In this document: one piece after another, positions 39,105 through 51,600 of the stretch
Layout: every line of letters starts with the position of its first letter
How positions within the stretch are numbered: position 1 is the stretch's first letter
Source of the DNA: Eledone cirrhosa
Lineage: Eukaryota
Length of the DNA stretch: 64,000 nucleotides
Direction: 5' to 3'
Assembly (NCBI GenBank): GCA_964016885.1
Contig: OZ024741.1
Location: forward strand, 377,146,001 to 377,210,000
Translations under genes and position numbers: made by a program
The notes under the pieces: generated by a model
Database searches by the model: none
Seen by the model: only the letters and a program-made list of their open reading frames with translations
Told to the model about the DNA's origin: nothing

Positions 39105-39913
39105 AAGTAACTGCAAAGAAAGAACTGCTACAGAAACTGGCTAAGAAATGGCAAGAAAAGCCTCTGTATGGAAAATACCCAGAGCGAGCTAACAATCCTA
39201 ATGTTGACAAAACTTTAACCCATCAGTGGTTGGCATCCTCAGGACTGAAATCGGAGACTGAAGGACTGATTATATCGGCACAAGATCAGTGTCTGCCAAC
39301 AAAAAATTACAAAGCCAACATAATAAAAAATGGGTGCAGCCCATTATGCCGTGTATGCAAAAAACAACCAGAGACCATTGACCATATAATTTCAATCTGC
39401 AGTCCTATAGCTCCAACCGAATACCTAAACAGGCATGACAGAGTTGCACGATACATACATTGGATAATGTGTAAGCATTTTGACCTGCCCCACCAAAAGA
39501 ATTGGTGGGAGCATCAACCACCTCCCATACTTGAAAAAGATCACATCTCAATCTTGTGGAACTTTAGCATCCAAACAGACCGAAAAATAGATGCAAATAG
39601 ACCTGATATAATATTGAAGGACTTTCAAAAGAGGGTATGCCTGCTAATTAATATGTCTGTTCCAATAGACAAGAATGTATCTATAAAAAAATTTGAAAAA
39701 TTGAGCAAGTATAAGGACCTGGAGATAGAAATTGGAAAAATGTGGAAATTGAGAACTAAAACAATACCAGTGGTTGTAGGCGCTCTGGGAATGATACCTA
39801 AGGGGTTTAATGATTACTTATCGCAAATCCCAGGAAACCGGCGTATAGGAGAAATACAAAAGATAGTACTAATGGGAATTGCCCATATACTAAGGAAGAT
39901 TCTGTCAATATAA
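39074..39913 (+). CDS. R4-like CCHC + RLE domain fragment
   Basis: AQDQ, CRVC..H....C, RHD, NRPD, KLSKYKDL. Confidence 0.85.
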   Translation: MENTEKAKQVKVTAKKELLQKLAKKWQEKPLYGKYPERANNPNVDKTLTHQWLASSGLKSETEGLIISAQDQCLPTKNYKANIIKNGCSPLCRVCKKQPETIDHIISICSPIAPTEYLNRHDRVARYIHWIMCKHFDLPHQKNWWEHQPPPILEKDHISILWNFSIQTDRKIDANRPDIILKDFQKRVCLLINMSVPIDKNVSIKKFEKLSKYKDLEIEIGKMWKLRTKTIPVVVGALGMIPKGFNDYLSQIPGNRRIGEIQKIVLMGIAHILRKILSI

Positions 39914-40056
39914 GTACATCACAAGTCTAAACACTAAAGATGCATGTGTGAATATGTATGTTCTTTCTTGAAGATGGCGGACCTTGTTGACTCTTGAGGT
40001 CACTGGTTGTGACTTGGTGATAACTCGTATGAACATAAAGCAAGATAAATGCAACT

Positions 40057-40100
<44 letters not shown>

Positions 40101-40101
<1 letters not shown>

Positions 40102-42643
40102 TTTTCTTTATTAACCACAAGGGTTCACATGAAGTAGACATTAAGGACAGTACAGGACAATACAGGACGGTACAAATGGGCATTTCTGCGTGTAAAAAAA
40201 CAGAGGTTGAAATAAAATAACAAAGAAAAATTCCCCAATAGGGGGGAGACTTCCAAGGGACATTTGTGGAGAAAGCCCATTAAAAGACCACAGTGGCCCT
40301 GACCACCAGGGCAAGTGCCCTCTCCCAGTTTTCCACCTTTAATTTACAGACACATACTCAGAGAAGTCCCATTCATTCGGGCCATACTTGCTTCTCTCAC
40401 CCATCATTCAACAAAATGCTGGGAAGAGAGCACTTCCGTCTCTACCCTGATTTTCCTTTTCAAATGAAATTTGAAAAAGTTAATCAGGGCATCACCGAAG
40501 AGGTAAGTGCTCGTCTTCAGCCCTTTCAAACGTGTCCACCATACTATCTCTTTCGCCATGGCCACCAGACAGATAAAAACTGCCTGCCCATACAGGCTAA
40601 AGGTAGGGGGCGGGGCAATCCTCACGATGGACTCAGCTGATAGCCGGATCCGTCCTACACGTGACAGCAGGTGTTCGACATAAACCCACAAGTCAGCAAT
40701 GCTCGGACACTGGACGAGTGCGTGCAGGACGGTTTCGTCGCCCTGCGCGCATCTCGGACATGCCCGGCTGACGGCACCTCCATGCCTGTAGAGTTTATCC
40801 CGAACTGGCAAAGCTCCTCGGTAGCACTGCCAGGCCAGGGATTTCTGGAAGTTGTCCATAGGCCCCGGCCCGAAAGTCCTTCCGAAGAGATTGGTTAGTT
40901 GATTTTCGTCGACGCCTAGAGTTTTTCCAAGTACGTCGTCGCTCTTCCCCTCCACTAATCCCCTATAGAACGCCAAGGTGGAGTTTCCACCGATCACATT
41001 GCCCGATTGGTCGAGGGCTGTGAGCGCCTGAAGACATTCCAGTCTCCAAGCGCTCCCTCTCGGTCTTCGCTTGACCCAGGACTGCAGCTCCGTCAAGGAG
41101 ACGAGCTGGGGAAAAACGCGTCTTGCAAACGGCGACCACACCTGATCACCGTCGAGGAAGAGGTGGAGATGTCGTAGCCTGAGCGCGTGTCTGCGCATCA
41201 TCAGCCACGGCATGCCCAGCCCTCCACGTAGCGGGTGTTGACAGCAGATGGACCGCCTGACCATCGGAGCGCGTCCCTTCCACAAGAAGCGAAAGAGCAA
41301 ACGCTCCAGCGCAGTCAGGTGGGGCTTAGGACAAGGTACGACGGTCAGGCGGTAGTAGATGACGGATGCGATGTACGCATTCGCCACCTCCGCTCGACCT
41401 TTCAGGGATAGCTTCCTCTCGGCCCATTTCTGGGTGAGAGAAGCCACCCTGCTCGTCACCTCGTCCCAGTTTTTGTCCGTCTGGAGGTCTGGACCGAACC
41501 AGACCCCTAGCAATTTAACCGGTCCGTCCGCCCAGCGCCCGACGACGCTGTTGGACGGTATGGACCTGCCTCTCCAGGTGCCGAGCTGCAGGCCCACTGA
41601 ATTTTCCTGGTTGATCATTGCTCCTGTCACCGCTTCGTATTCTCTTAGTGTAGTTCCGATCGCCTCGATGTGTTTGGCGTTCGACACCACTACGGTGACA
41701 TCGTCGGCATATGCTGACACGGATCTTCCGCATCCTAGTTCGCGCGGGACCCCCCTCAGCGTCTCCAGTTTGTGCAGTAATGGCTCGAGAGTCAATACGT
41801 ACAATAGGGACGAGAGGGGACATCCCTGGCGGACCGAGCGCATGATGTTGAACGGTTCCGAAAGGTGACCGTTCACTCTCACTACAGAGCAGATGTCGCT
41901 GTGCATGGCAGCGATCCAGCCTCTGAAGACGGGCCCAAAGCCAGCCGCCCTCAGGACTGCCGCTAGGTAACGATGGTCGACCCTATCGAAGGCTTTCGAC
42001 TGATCTAAATTGATCAAAGACCCACCCGTGCCAGGTTCCCTAGCTACCCTCTCTACGATGTATCGCATGAGGTGGAGGTTGTCGTGGATGGATCTGTCGG
42101 GAATGGCGCATGTCTGTGCCTCTCCCACCAGACCACCAACGACAAGCGCCAACCTCTTTGCAAGCACCTTGGCCAAAATCTTGAACTCTGTGTTTAGCAG
42201 AGTTATGGGCCTAAAATTATCTATGTTATCCCCCTTCTCCGGATCCTTTCTCAGCAGCGCCACCGCTCCTCGGCTCACAGAGCTGGGAATTCTCCCGTTC
42301 TGTTGCCAGTTGCAGTAGACGTCCGCCAAGAGGCATCCGAACAAGTTTGGCATTTGTACGTAAAGTTCATAGGGCAGACCATCCAAACCAGGCGATTTAC
42401 CCCTTGTGCAACTAGTCATTGCATCCCGTACTTGAGCGGTTGTTATCGGCTTTTCGCAACACTCCGCCTCAGTGGCCGAAAGCCGCGGCAGTCCGTCGAG
42501 GTAGACACTAAAGTCCATCCCTCGATCCGGCCCGCCACTGCCCCCGAACAGTTGAGCGAAGTGTCGCTGAAAAGCTTCACACATTTTCCCGGGATCGAGT
42601 AGCATGCGCCCGTCGTGGTCCACCAAAGACCGGATCGTATTGG
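40101..42643 (-). mobile_element. Tx1/L1-like LINE, 5'-truncated, young
   Basis: Open 740-aa ORF; 3' end CTTGTGGTTAATAAAGAAAAC-(ATT)n; TAA repeats at both junctions. Confidence 0.9.
40404..42626 (-). CDS. Tx1/L1-like ORF2 reverse transcriptase + zf-RVT
   Basis: KSPGLDG, FRPITLLN, LDQSKAFD, RQGCPLS, YADD, LSLKGR, GGLG, CPRC..ETVLHALVQC. Confidence 0.92.
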   Translation of the reverse strand: MVDHDGRMLLDPGKMCEAFQRHFAQLFGGSGGPDRGMDFSVYLDGLPRLSATEAECCEKPITTAQVRDAMTSCTRGKSPGLDGLPYELYVQMPNLFGCLLADVYCNWQQNGRIPSSVSRGAVALLRKDPEKGDNIDNFRPITLLNTEFKILAKVLAKRLALVVGGLVGEAQTCAIPDRSIHDNLHLMRYIVERVAREPGTGGSLINLDQSKAFDRVDHRYLAAVLRAAGFGPVFRGWIAAMHSDICSVVRVNGHLSEPFNIMRSVRQGCPLSSLLYVLTLEPLLHKLETLRGVPRELGCGRSVSAYADDVTVVVSNAKHIEAIGTTLREYEAVTGAMINQENSVGLQLGTWRGRSIPSNSVVGRWADGPVKLLGVWFGPDLQTDKNWDEVTSRVASLTQKWAERKLSLKGRAEVANAYIASVIYYRLTVVPCPKPHLTALERLLFRFLWKGRAPMVRRSICCQHPLRGGLGMPWLMMRRHALRLRHLHLFLDGDQVWSPFARRVFPQLVSLTELQSWVKRRPRGSAWRLECLQALTALDQSGNVIGGNSTLAFYRGLVEGKSDDVLGKTLGVDENQLTNLFGRTFGPGPMDNFQKSLAWQCYRGALPVRDKLYRHGGAVSRACPRCAQGDETVLHALVQCPSIADLWVYVEHLLSRVGRIRLSAESIVRIAPPPTFSLYGQAVFICLVAMAKEIVWWTRLKGLKTSTYLFGDALINFFKFHLKRKIRVETEVLSSQHFVE

Positions 42644-42651
42644 ATAATAAT

Positions 42652-42830
42652 AAAAGTTAAAATTTTGGGCACAAGGCCCCAATCTTTTTCGGTGTCCTTT
42701 TCGGAAAACAATGTATGTGTGCTTATAAACATTTAACAATAAAATTTTCCATAAATGGCAATTTTTAAACAAACGGCAATAACAAACCTTTGCGGAGCTC
42801 ACGATAATACGATTTCCTACGTAGGTCGCC
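42652..42830 (-). mobile_element. Short non-autonomous element with SINE-like tail
   Basis: rc ends GGCCTTGTGCCCAAAATTTTAACTTTT-(ATT)n, like the SINE tails at 2286 and 32948. Confidence 0.4.
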
Positions 42831-42886
<56 letters not shown>

Positions 42887-42887
<1 letters not shown>

Positions 42888-43172
42888 CTAAAGTGGGAGG
42901 TGAAAAGGATTTGGAACTGCCATGAAGTCAAAGTGATCCCGATTGTCATAGGCGCACTGGGGACTATCTCCAAAAGTTTCCAGGGATGGGTAAAGAAAAT
43001 CGGCCCCTTCACGCTTTTTGGAACGCTTCAAAAGGCATGCTTGCTGGGAACAGCAAGAACCCTCCGATACGTCCTGAATATCTGAGGCTGCAGGTAGTGG
43101 CTTGATATTCATTCCAACGGACTTTTCAGTTAACCAACATCAATGACTGAGATTCAAGGAATAACAACACTA
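42887..43172 (+). mobile_element. R4-like family A 3' fragment
   Basis: Near-identical to 38018-38300; inserted in (TAA)n. Confidence 0.9.
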
Positions 43173-45651
43173 ATAATAATAATAATAATAATTAGGGAAG
43201 AAGACGCACATGGTGGATAGGTCGTGAAATCGCTCCCGTAAGTTTTGATTTTTAACATATTTAAATCAATTGTGAAATAACAATTCTTAGTACAAATGAT
43301 ACATAAAACATCCGGCTTGAGTCCCAAAAAAATTCGGATCCATAATATTCTGTTATATCGCTCAAATATTCAATTTTGTATTATACATTTTATATTAAAA
43401 AAAGAAAATGGTTATAAATGGAAGAAAACCCCTTTGTCTACACTATATAGAACCGCCAAATAAAAGCAATTTCACCAACAACAGAAACTATATACACCAC
43501 CTACCCCATCACCCCTCTGTGTACAGTAAACACATCAGCCAGATAACGGCAATTTCACCACCACCACCACCAATCTCAGCATAATAATAGTAATTACTAT
43601 TATTATTGTCTCAAGTTTTAACAAAATGTTTAATTCCAATATTAAGGTAATATGTCAACACATATACGCGACTAACCCCATAGATTCACCGATCAAACAA
43701 AATACAGTTCATTCAACAAAACTCAGTAACGCCAACGCCATCCCTACAGTCACCGCCACCGCCGCCCATCCATGATTACTACCACTATCCCATCGCCGCC
43801 GACACCACTCCTTCATTGCTACCAACCGCTATTCCCCCATTACCTTCTGTTAACTTACGAAAGGGGAAGATAGCGGTATCACTAGACAATATTAATAAAC
43901 AATATTAATATTTAATTTTGGATCAGGAATGTGAGAGTCGAAAAGGAGGAAAATGACAAAATGACTAAATAACTAAAGATAATTTGACGACCATCACCAC
44001 CACCACTACCACGATGAAAACTCTGGTTAAGTCGACTCAACCGCTATTCCTACTCCAACTTCAACGCCATCACTACAGTAATACGATCACATCACCACCA
44101 CCCTGCCTAATAATGATTTATCGCTACCGCCGCTATTCTCTCCCACTACCTCATGCTAGTTGCAGCTAGCACAGCACCGCCACCACCACCACCACCACCA
44201 CCACCACTGCCTCATTATTACTACCGCCGCTATTCTCTCCCGCTACCCCCTGCTACATCGTAGAATCCCCACTAAAACAGGAAGGCATCAAAATATATAC
44301 ATAGACTGAATTGATGACCCGGTCAAAATCAAAAAACAAAAATCAAAATCAAAGCAGCACAGCAACAACGAAAAAAGTAAAGAAAAGGAAAATGAAGAGA
44401 AAAACAAACAGACGGACAGAGAAGGGAAGGGAAAAACTAAGTCAGACATTCAAACACTATATTACAATGAAACTTATACTTATTCATTTTGGGTGTTTTT
44501 TTTGCCTGTTTGTTTGTTTGCTTATTTATGTTCGTCTACAGCGTGATAATGTCACACAAAATTCACGTGGAGTGACGAAACCACCGGAGGTGATGAAATC
44601 ACCGGTGGTTATGTAACCATACATTCGCCAATCCTCGATAAGAGTGTTTAAATGTCGAACCTAAACAGTTCGAATAACGGTGAAATGGAGACTAGAATGT
44701 CATGTGACAGACTCTCACCCAACAGGTGCTCCCTGGCTCAGATTCAGGGACCTGTCTGTCAAGCAAATACTGTTGAAGAAGAAGAAGGAAAGGGACGAGA
44801 ACCAACTGGACGAAAGCATTGAATAGAACTGTTATGCAATGTTACCTGAAGAGTAACCCCAAGGAGAAAGGTTATAGGAAACGGATGCATAACATCTGGA
44901 ACGAGATCGGTCTATTTAAATTAGATGAACAAAAATTGGCCGGGCAGGCCCGGGTAATAGGAATGGAGGAACCGAGCAGAGAGATTAGCTTGGAGATGGA
45001 GAGTAGAGTATGCCAGGCAAACCAGCCAGTGGGAAATGAAGGTGAAGAGGTCGAGAGAACGGAGGAACCACCCGAAGTAGACAATGATCTGAATGCTGAG
45101 ATAAATAACACCTGGAACAGAGATACGGCCTCTGAGGAGATGAATGCTGACGGGCTAGGACAAGTTTGGTTGATATCCTAAACTTAGTGGTAGATGAATT
45201 GAACAATGATAGTGGGAGACCTATGAACCTAAGATTTGTAGACAGGAAAAAGTTAAAAGTATCAACAGCTAAGGTAAACAAAGTCATCCCATACCTTGAG
45301 GCGAGGAGGCTTCACCAGTGCAACAATATCCTCAAAGCAACAGCAAATACGGTGAGGAAACTACTTGGTATAAAAGCGAGAGGAAACAACAGACAAGAAA
45401 GAGCAGAGCCTTGGTGGAAGAAACGACTGAGTGGTCAAATCAGGGAAATGAGAAATGACATTGGAAAGCTTGAGTCCCTACTTAATGGGACACTAAATAA
45501 CATAGACACTAAAAATACACTGGAAATAAAGTACAAAACTAGGAGGAAAAAGCAAAATATTATCATAGAGGAACTGAAGCAACGCATTGTAGCAAAAAGT
45601 GCAAAAATCAGGCGATAAGAGAACAGTGTCAGTCAGTATAGACAGAACCAC

Positions 45652-46713
45652 ATGTTAAACAACAACCAGAAGATGCTGTTTGGACAGCTTGAAGGGAAAT
45701 TAAGAGGCAACGACTTGATCCTTGAGGCGGAACAAACTAAAACATTCTGGAGAGGAATATGGGAGCAGGATGTTAAACATAATGACCAGGCAGTGTGGAT
45801 TGAGACAGTACAGAAGGAGATTAGTAAACAGGCACACCAACAAATTGATTTGAGTATCACAGTTGAAACTCTTAAGGGACAGGCCAAAAAACTAACCAAC
45901 TGGAAATCACCAAGCCCAGATCGTGTGCAGGGGTATTGGATTAAAAATATAACACCCCTCCACCCGAAACTGACAACCATGTTCAATGACTGCTTGATGT
46001 CAGGTGAGGTAACAGAGTGGTTGACAAAAGGTACCACAGTTCTGATAATGAAAGGCCGAATCAAGGGTAATGATGTTACCAACTATAGACCTATTACATG
46101 TCTGTCCGTAATGTGGAAACTGTTGACAAGCATTATGTCTGAGGAAATCTACCATCATCTCCACACAAACAACTTGTTACCGGACGAACAGAAAGAATAC
46201 CGAAAGAAATCACGTGATACAAAGGACCAGTTACTTATTGATAAGATGGTAATGAGGAATTGCAAGAGGAGACACACTGGTCTTGCCATGGGATGGATAG
46301 ACTACAAAAAGGCATTTGACATGGTCCCTCATTCTTGGATCACCAAAAGCCTGGAGATCTTCAAGGTGGCAGATAACATCAGACAGTTGTTGGGCAAAAG
46401 TATGAAGTCCTGGGAAACAGAGTTAACATCAACTGGAGAATCCTTGGGAAGCGTGAAGATCAAGAGAGGTATCTTCCAGGGAGATAGTCTGTCCTCTCTG
46501 TTGTTTGTCCTTGCCCTGATGCCCCTGACCAGTGTACTGCGAAAAGTGAGAGCAGGATACAGGTTGGGAAAGGGAGGGCTTACCATCAATCACCTCCTCT
46601 TCATAGACGATCTTAAGCTCTTCGGGAAGAGTGAGAAGGAGTTGGATGTGCTTGTTGACACTGTCCGTATTTTCAGCAATGATATATGTATGCAATTTGG
46701 TATTAGTAAGTGA
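45652..46713 (+). CDS. R4-like reverse transcriptase fragment
   Basis: FWRGIW, NWKSP, YRPITCL, IDYKKAFD, GIFQGD, FIDD. Confidence 0.85.
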   Translation: MLNNNQKMLFGQLEGKLRGNDLILEAEQTKTFWRGIWEQDVKHNDQAVWIETVQKEISKQAHQQIDLSITVETLKGQAKKLTNWKSPSPDRVQGYWIKNITPLHPKLTTMFNDCLMSGEVTEWLTKGTTVLIMKGRIKGNDVTNYRPITCLSVMWKLLTSIMSEEIYHHLHTNNLLPDEQKEYRKKSRDTKDQLLIDKMVMRNCKRRHTGLAMGWIDYKKAFDMVPHSWITKSLEIFKVADNIRQLLGKSMKSWETELTSTGESLGSVKIKRGIFQGDSLSSLLFVLALMPLTSVLRKVRAGYRLGKGGLTINHLLFIDDLKLFGKSEKELDVLVDTVRIFSNDICMQFGISK

Positions 46714-46959
46714 GGAGTCATTGTGATGAAGAGAGGTAAGTTGAGCAGAAGTATCGGAATCCAGGTACCAACAGGTGAGATGATAAAGGAAATTGACTCT
46801 GAAGAAGGATACAAGTATATGGGCGTTCTGGAGGCTGATGACATCAAGAACAAAAAAATGAAGGAATTGATAAGAACTGAATACATACGGAGAGTAAGGA
46901 GCGTATTAAAGTGACATCTGATCAGTAGGAATGCCATAAGTGCAGTAAATTCTCGAGCT

Positions 46960-47853
46960 GTGTCTATTATTAGGTACAGTGCGGGAATTCTGAGATGGAA
47001 TGTTGCTGAAGAAAAAGAAATGGATAGGAAGACTAGGAAGCTATTGACTAGCTACAACATGTTCCACAAGAGGAGTGATGTCGATATACTCTACTTAAGG
47101 AGATCTGAAGGTGGAAGAGGTCTTATTAGCATAGGGGACTGTGTTCAGATGGAGAAAAACAACCTACACAAATACGTGACTAATAGTAAGGAGCCAATGC
47201 TCATAACTGTACTGAAGGAGGGGACAATAGGCCAGAGGATGTCCAAGGAGGAAATAACATCAAGGAGAAAGAGCAGCCTTCAGGACAAATGCCTTCATAG
47301 TACCTTCTTTGAGAAAACTAAATTTAGAGATCCACAGACATGGAACTGGTTGAAAAGAGGAGTCCTTAAAAAGGCTACAGAAGGAATGTTAATGGTTGCG
47401 CAGGAGCAGGCCCTCAAAATGAAGTGGTTGAAACACCATATTTACAAGGAGGAGGCTAGCCCACTATGCAGGATCTGTGGAGAGAGAGAGGAGATTGTGG
47501 CTCACATTGTATGCGAGTGTAAACACCTAGCCCAGACTCGGTATAAAGGCTGGAGACATGATGTGATAGGCAGGGTGATCCACTGGCATCTATGCAAAGT
47601 AAACAATTTACCACTTTCTGAGAAGTGGCATGAGCATAAGACAGAGTCGGTGATAGAAAACGATCAGGTGAAGGTGCTATGCGATTTTAGGATACAGACG
47701 GACAAGAAATTAGAACACAATAGGCCTGACCTGGTGGTTTTGGACAAGGAAAAAAGATCGTGCCTGATTGTAGACGTAGCCTGCCCGTTTGACACGAGAG
47801 TGCAAGAAAAGGAGAGGGAGAAAATTAACCGATACCAGGACTTAAAGTGGTAG
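46960..47853 (+). CDS. R4-like CCHC + RLE fragment
   Basis: CRIC, RHD, RPD, DVACP. Confidence 0.85.
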   Translation: MSIIRYSAGILRWNVAEEKEMDRKTRKLLTSYNMFHKRSDVDILYLRRSEGGRGLISIGDCVQMEKNNLHKYVTNSKEPMLITVLKEGTIGQRMSKEEITSRRKSSLQDKCLHSTFFEKTKFRDPQTWNWLKRGVLKKATEGMLMVAQEQALKMKWLKHHIYKEEASPLCRICGEREEIVAHIVCECKHLAQTRYKGWRHDVIGRVIHWHLCKVNNLPLSEKWHEHKTESVIENDQVKVLCDFRIQTDKKLEHNRPDLVVLDKEKRSCLIVDVACPFDTRVQEKEREKINRYQDLKW

Positions 47854-48138
47854 TTAAATGGATTTGGAACTGCCATGAAGTCAAGGTCGTCTCGATTATC
47901 ATACGCGCACTAGGTACTACCTCAAAAAGTTTCCAAGGATGGTTAAAGTCGATTAGACCAGCGCCGCATTTTGGAACATTTCAAAAGGCCTGCTTGCTGT
48001 GAACAGCAAGAATCCTCCGGTACATCCTAAATGTGTGAGACTGCAGGTAGCGGCTTGATATTCATTTCAACAAACTTTCCAATTAAATAACGTCAATGAC
48101 TGAGACTCAAAGTAGAATAATAATAATGATAATAATAG

Positions 48139-51100
48139 ATTATTTATTGGCCACAAGTGCTAACCTGAAGAAGGACATTACAGACGGCACTGAACGGTAC
48201 AGGACGTTACAGAATGGGTTTTGTTTGTGTAAAAAAAGGTTACAACAAAAAACAACATACAAATTAAGAAATTCAAACACCAAAAATTTCCCAATAGGGG
48301 GGAAAATTCCGAGGGTCAGTCGTGGCGAAAACCACACGAAGAACCACGGCCATCCTGACCAATAGGGAAAGTACCCTCTCAGTTGTCAAAGTCCTCAGTC
48401 TACATGCGGATAGGGGCCCGTTCACTCGGTCTAGACTCGCCATTTTCACGCACTTTTCAACGAACTTACTAGAAGACAGCACTTGCCTCAACACCCTGAT
48501 TTCCCCTCTTCAAGTGAAACTTAATTAGGGATTCGCCGGAGCGGAAAATCTCCGTCTTCCATCCTTTCAGCCTTATCCACCACACAATAACATTCACCTT
48601 GGCCTCTAGGCAGATGAAAACTGCCTGGCCTTCCTCGAGGGATTTCTGTAAGTAGACTATAGTTCCTGGGCTGAAGGTTATCTCGAAGAGAGCGAAGAGC
48701 TGATCATCCTCAAAGCCCAACGTTTCCCCGAGAACGTCGTCGCACTTTCCCTCGACGAGTCCTCTATAGAACGCCGAGGTGGATGTTCCACCGATACTTT
48801 TGCTCAGCTGGTAGAAGTCGGTGATCGCTTGGAGACATTCCAGCTTCCGAGCGCTATCCCTGACTCAGGATTGTGGCTCTGTGAAGGAAACAAGCTGCGG
48901 AAAAGCAACTCTGGCAAACGTCGACCACACCTGTTCACCATCAAGGAAGCACTAGAGATGTTGCAGCCTCAGCGCATGTTTACGCATCATCAGCCAGGGC
49001 ATGCCCAGTCCTCCACGCAAAGAGTGCTGACTGCAGATGGATCGCCTGAGCATGGGTGCACGTACCTTCCACAAAAATCGGAAGAGAAGGCGTTTCATTT
49101 TGGTTAGAGTTTTGGCGGGCGCAATGTTCGATGGTCAGGCGGTAGCAGATTACGGATGCGATGAACGCATTCGCCACCTCGGCCCGTCCTTTCAGAGACA
49201 GCCTCCTCTCAGCCCATTTCTGGGTGAGAGTGGCCACCCTGCTTGTCACCTTGTTTTACTTCATCTAGAGGTCCGGACCAACCCAGACCAAACATTATTT
49301 ACCCGGTCCTTCCATCCAGCCTCCGCGGCGCTGTCGGACGGCATGGACGTATCTCTCCAGGCACCGAGTTGCCAGCCCACCGACGTTTCCTGGGTAATCT
49401 CGGCTCCTGTCAACGTGTCATATTCCTTGAAGCGGTGCTGAGCATCTTGAACTATCTGGTGCTTTACACCAACATGGTGACGTCGTCGCCGTAAGCCGAC
49501 ACGGATCTCCCGCATCCCACTTAGCATGGGACACCCCTCATCGTCTCTAATTTGTGCAGGGCGGCCAACAGGTACAAGATGGATGAGAGGGGACAACACC
49601 GGCACCGAGCGCATGATGCTGAATGGCAGCGACAGGTGACCCTTCACCCTAACAGCCGAGCAGATGTCACTGTGCATCATAGGGATCCAACACCTCAAAA
49701 TTGTCCCGGAGACACCTGCCTCACAGACCACTGCCAGGTACAAATGGTCGATTGTATCAAATGCTTTACATTGATCCAAGTTGATCAGAGCTCTACCCGT
49801 GGCGGGTTCCATAACCACCATCTCTATGATGTATCGCATGAGGTGAGATTATCGTGGCTGCATGGGTCCGGAATGATGCATGTCTGCGCCTCTCCCACCA
49901 GATCACCAACGACAAGCGCCGTTCTCTTTATTAACACCTTCGACAAAATCTTGAACTCTGCGTTTAGCAGATATATAGGCCTGAATTTGTCTATGACGTT
50001 CCCCTTGTTCGGGTCTTTTCTCAGCAGCGCCACCGCTCAGAAAACTGGGAATGCTTCCGTTCTGCTGCCAGTTGCAGTAGACGTCTGCCAAGTGGTCGCC
50101 GAGAAAGTCTGGCATGTAAGCATAAAGCTTGTAGGGCAGAGAATCGACAAGGTTTAGGAATGAAGGAAAATAGAGTAGAGGGAGAGCTTGTTAGAAAGAT
50201 AAAATAGGCGTTTAGGACAGGCATCGCAACCCGTGTGCTTGCGGCGAGATTGTAACTCGCCCATCCTTCAACGTAATTGCCCTTTTCAGGGAAACCACCA
50301 TCTGTTGTTGACGATAGCACCCTTCAACGCACGCTTAACTAATTCGCGTATTCGCTCTCTGTAAGCTTTGCGCTCACGGTACGACGCGTTCAGTTTCCAG
50401 TAGCCGTGTCCTTACCTATGTAGTCTATCTAAGTCGACTTCACAGGTCACAAATGTGTGGTCCGTGTAGTCGACTACTTTCAATTGTGGATAACATACAC
50501 TAGCCTTATCTGTTTCCCTACGGAATACCCTATCTAGATACGATCTGGATGACACAAAGCGGTTTGTCCATGTCCACATTGGCGCATTCTGTTAATCCAG
50601 TCTGTACCTGTAAGACAGTTCAAAACGTCTGAGCAGGTTGTTGAGGATTGTTACACCCTCATCCCTTGTCTACCAGCCCCACATAATCTTGCGTGTATCT
50701 AAGATACCGTTCCAGTCGCACGCTAACACTGAAGAGCGGGGTTTCCAAGAATGGTCTCTAGATGTCTGAAGAAATCTAGCTGCCCTGCACTTGTTGGGGC
50801 GTAGATGGCTACAAGACTGAAAGCATTGCCTTCGCGGCGGGTCACGTCCAACATCACCAACTTACCTCCTGGGTCCAGGATCCAAGCTTCTCGGAAAAAG
50901 CAGAGCAACTCCTCCCCCACCGCTCCTGGACGGCTGGGAGATGCGTATACATCGTAGCCGCCGAAGATTGGTGCGAAGTCTTATGCTTCGGAAATTCAGG
51001 TCTCGCTGATGGTCACCACATCTACGTTTAGTGACCTGAGGTCGTTAAGCAGTCGGCCCTGCTTCCAAGATAACCCAGCCCACGTATTTACACTGCCTAT

Positions 51101-51600
51101 TATAAGTACTACCATGCTGGGTGAGGAACTGGCTAAGTGAGAAAGTATCAGTTACTTTCATCGTCTGGGAAAGGGACAGTCGAACTGTCCCCTTGACTAG
51201 TCATGGGTGTCTCCAAGATAATATCTGTGTATATTCTTTTGGTTAATGACCCTCTGAAATCACCAACGCATTTGGGTAATATTTGTTTTAAATGTTTATA
51301 ATGTTCCAGTTTAAGTTCGACAACGTTTACATTTTTTGGTAATGTTCTTGGTGCTGGTGGGGTGAAGTAGTGTATGTCTGTAATGGCTATGTGCTGCTTT
51401 ATATGTTCCATGAGTTCTTTTTTGCAATGTTTATGGCTGAGTAAATTTTCTAGTTGAGTTGTTGCTGTATTCTTGATGCTGCTGTTGGTTGTGTGTGCCT
51501 TGTTATGGTTTTGATGTTGGTATTTGTGGTGATGTTGGTGGTGGTGTGGTTGTTGTTGGTGGTGATCCTTGTTGTGGTGGTGTTGCTGCAAGTCGACTGG
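48139..51600 (-). mobile_element. Decayed Tx1/L1-like LINE with AP endonuclease and ORF1 C-terminus
   Basis: ORF2 start ~51116 (SVN..LNVDVVTISET, AIYAP), RT pieces with deletions, ORF 51148-51633 stopping just upstream; 3' end CTTGTGGCCAATAAA then ATT repeats. Confidence 0.85.

Larger units (their letters stand above)
38331..40057 (+). mobile_element. R4/Dong-like LINE family B, truncated
   Basis: NHLFYMDDLKLF start; ORFs 38406-39104 and 39074-39913; ends at (TAA)n. Confidence 0.9.
44617..48113 (+). mobile_element. Near full-length decayed R4/Dong-like LINE (family A relative)
   Basis: N-terminal GYRKRM..IW, PWW, RT 45652-46713, RLE 46960-47853; several stops; ends at a TAA run. Confidence 0.9.

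Noticed and set aside
43540-44260. CAC/CCG-rich region as coding sequence
   Set aside because: Degenerate trinucleotide repeats without a sustained ORF or motif
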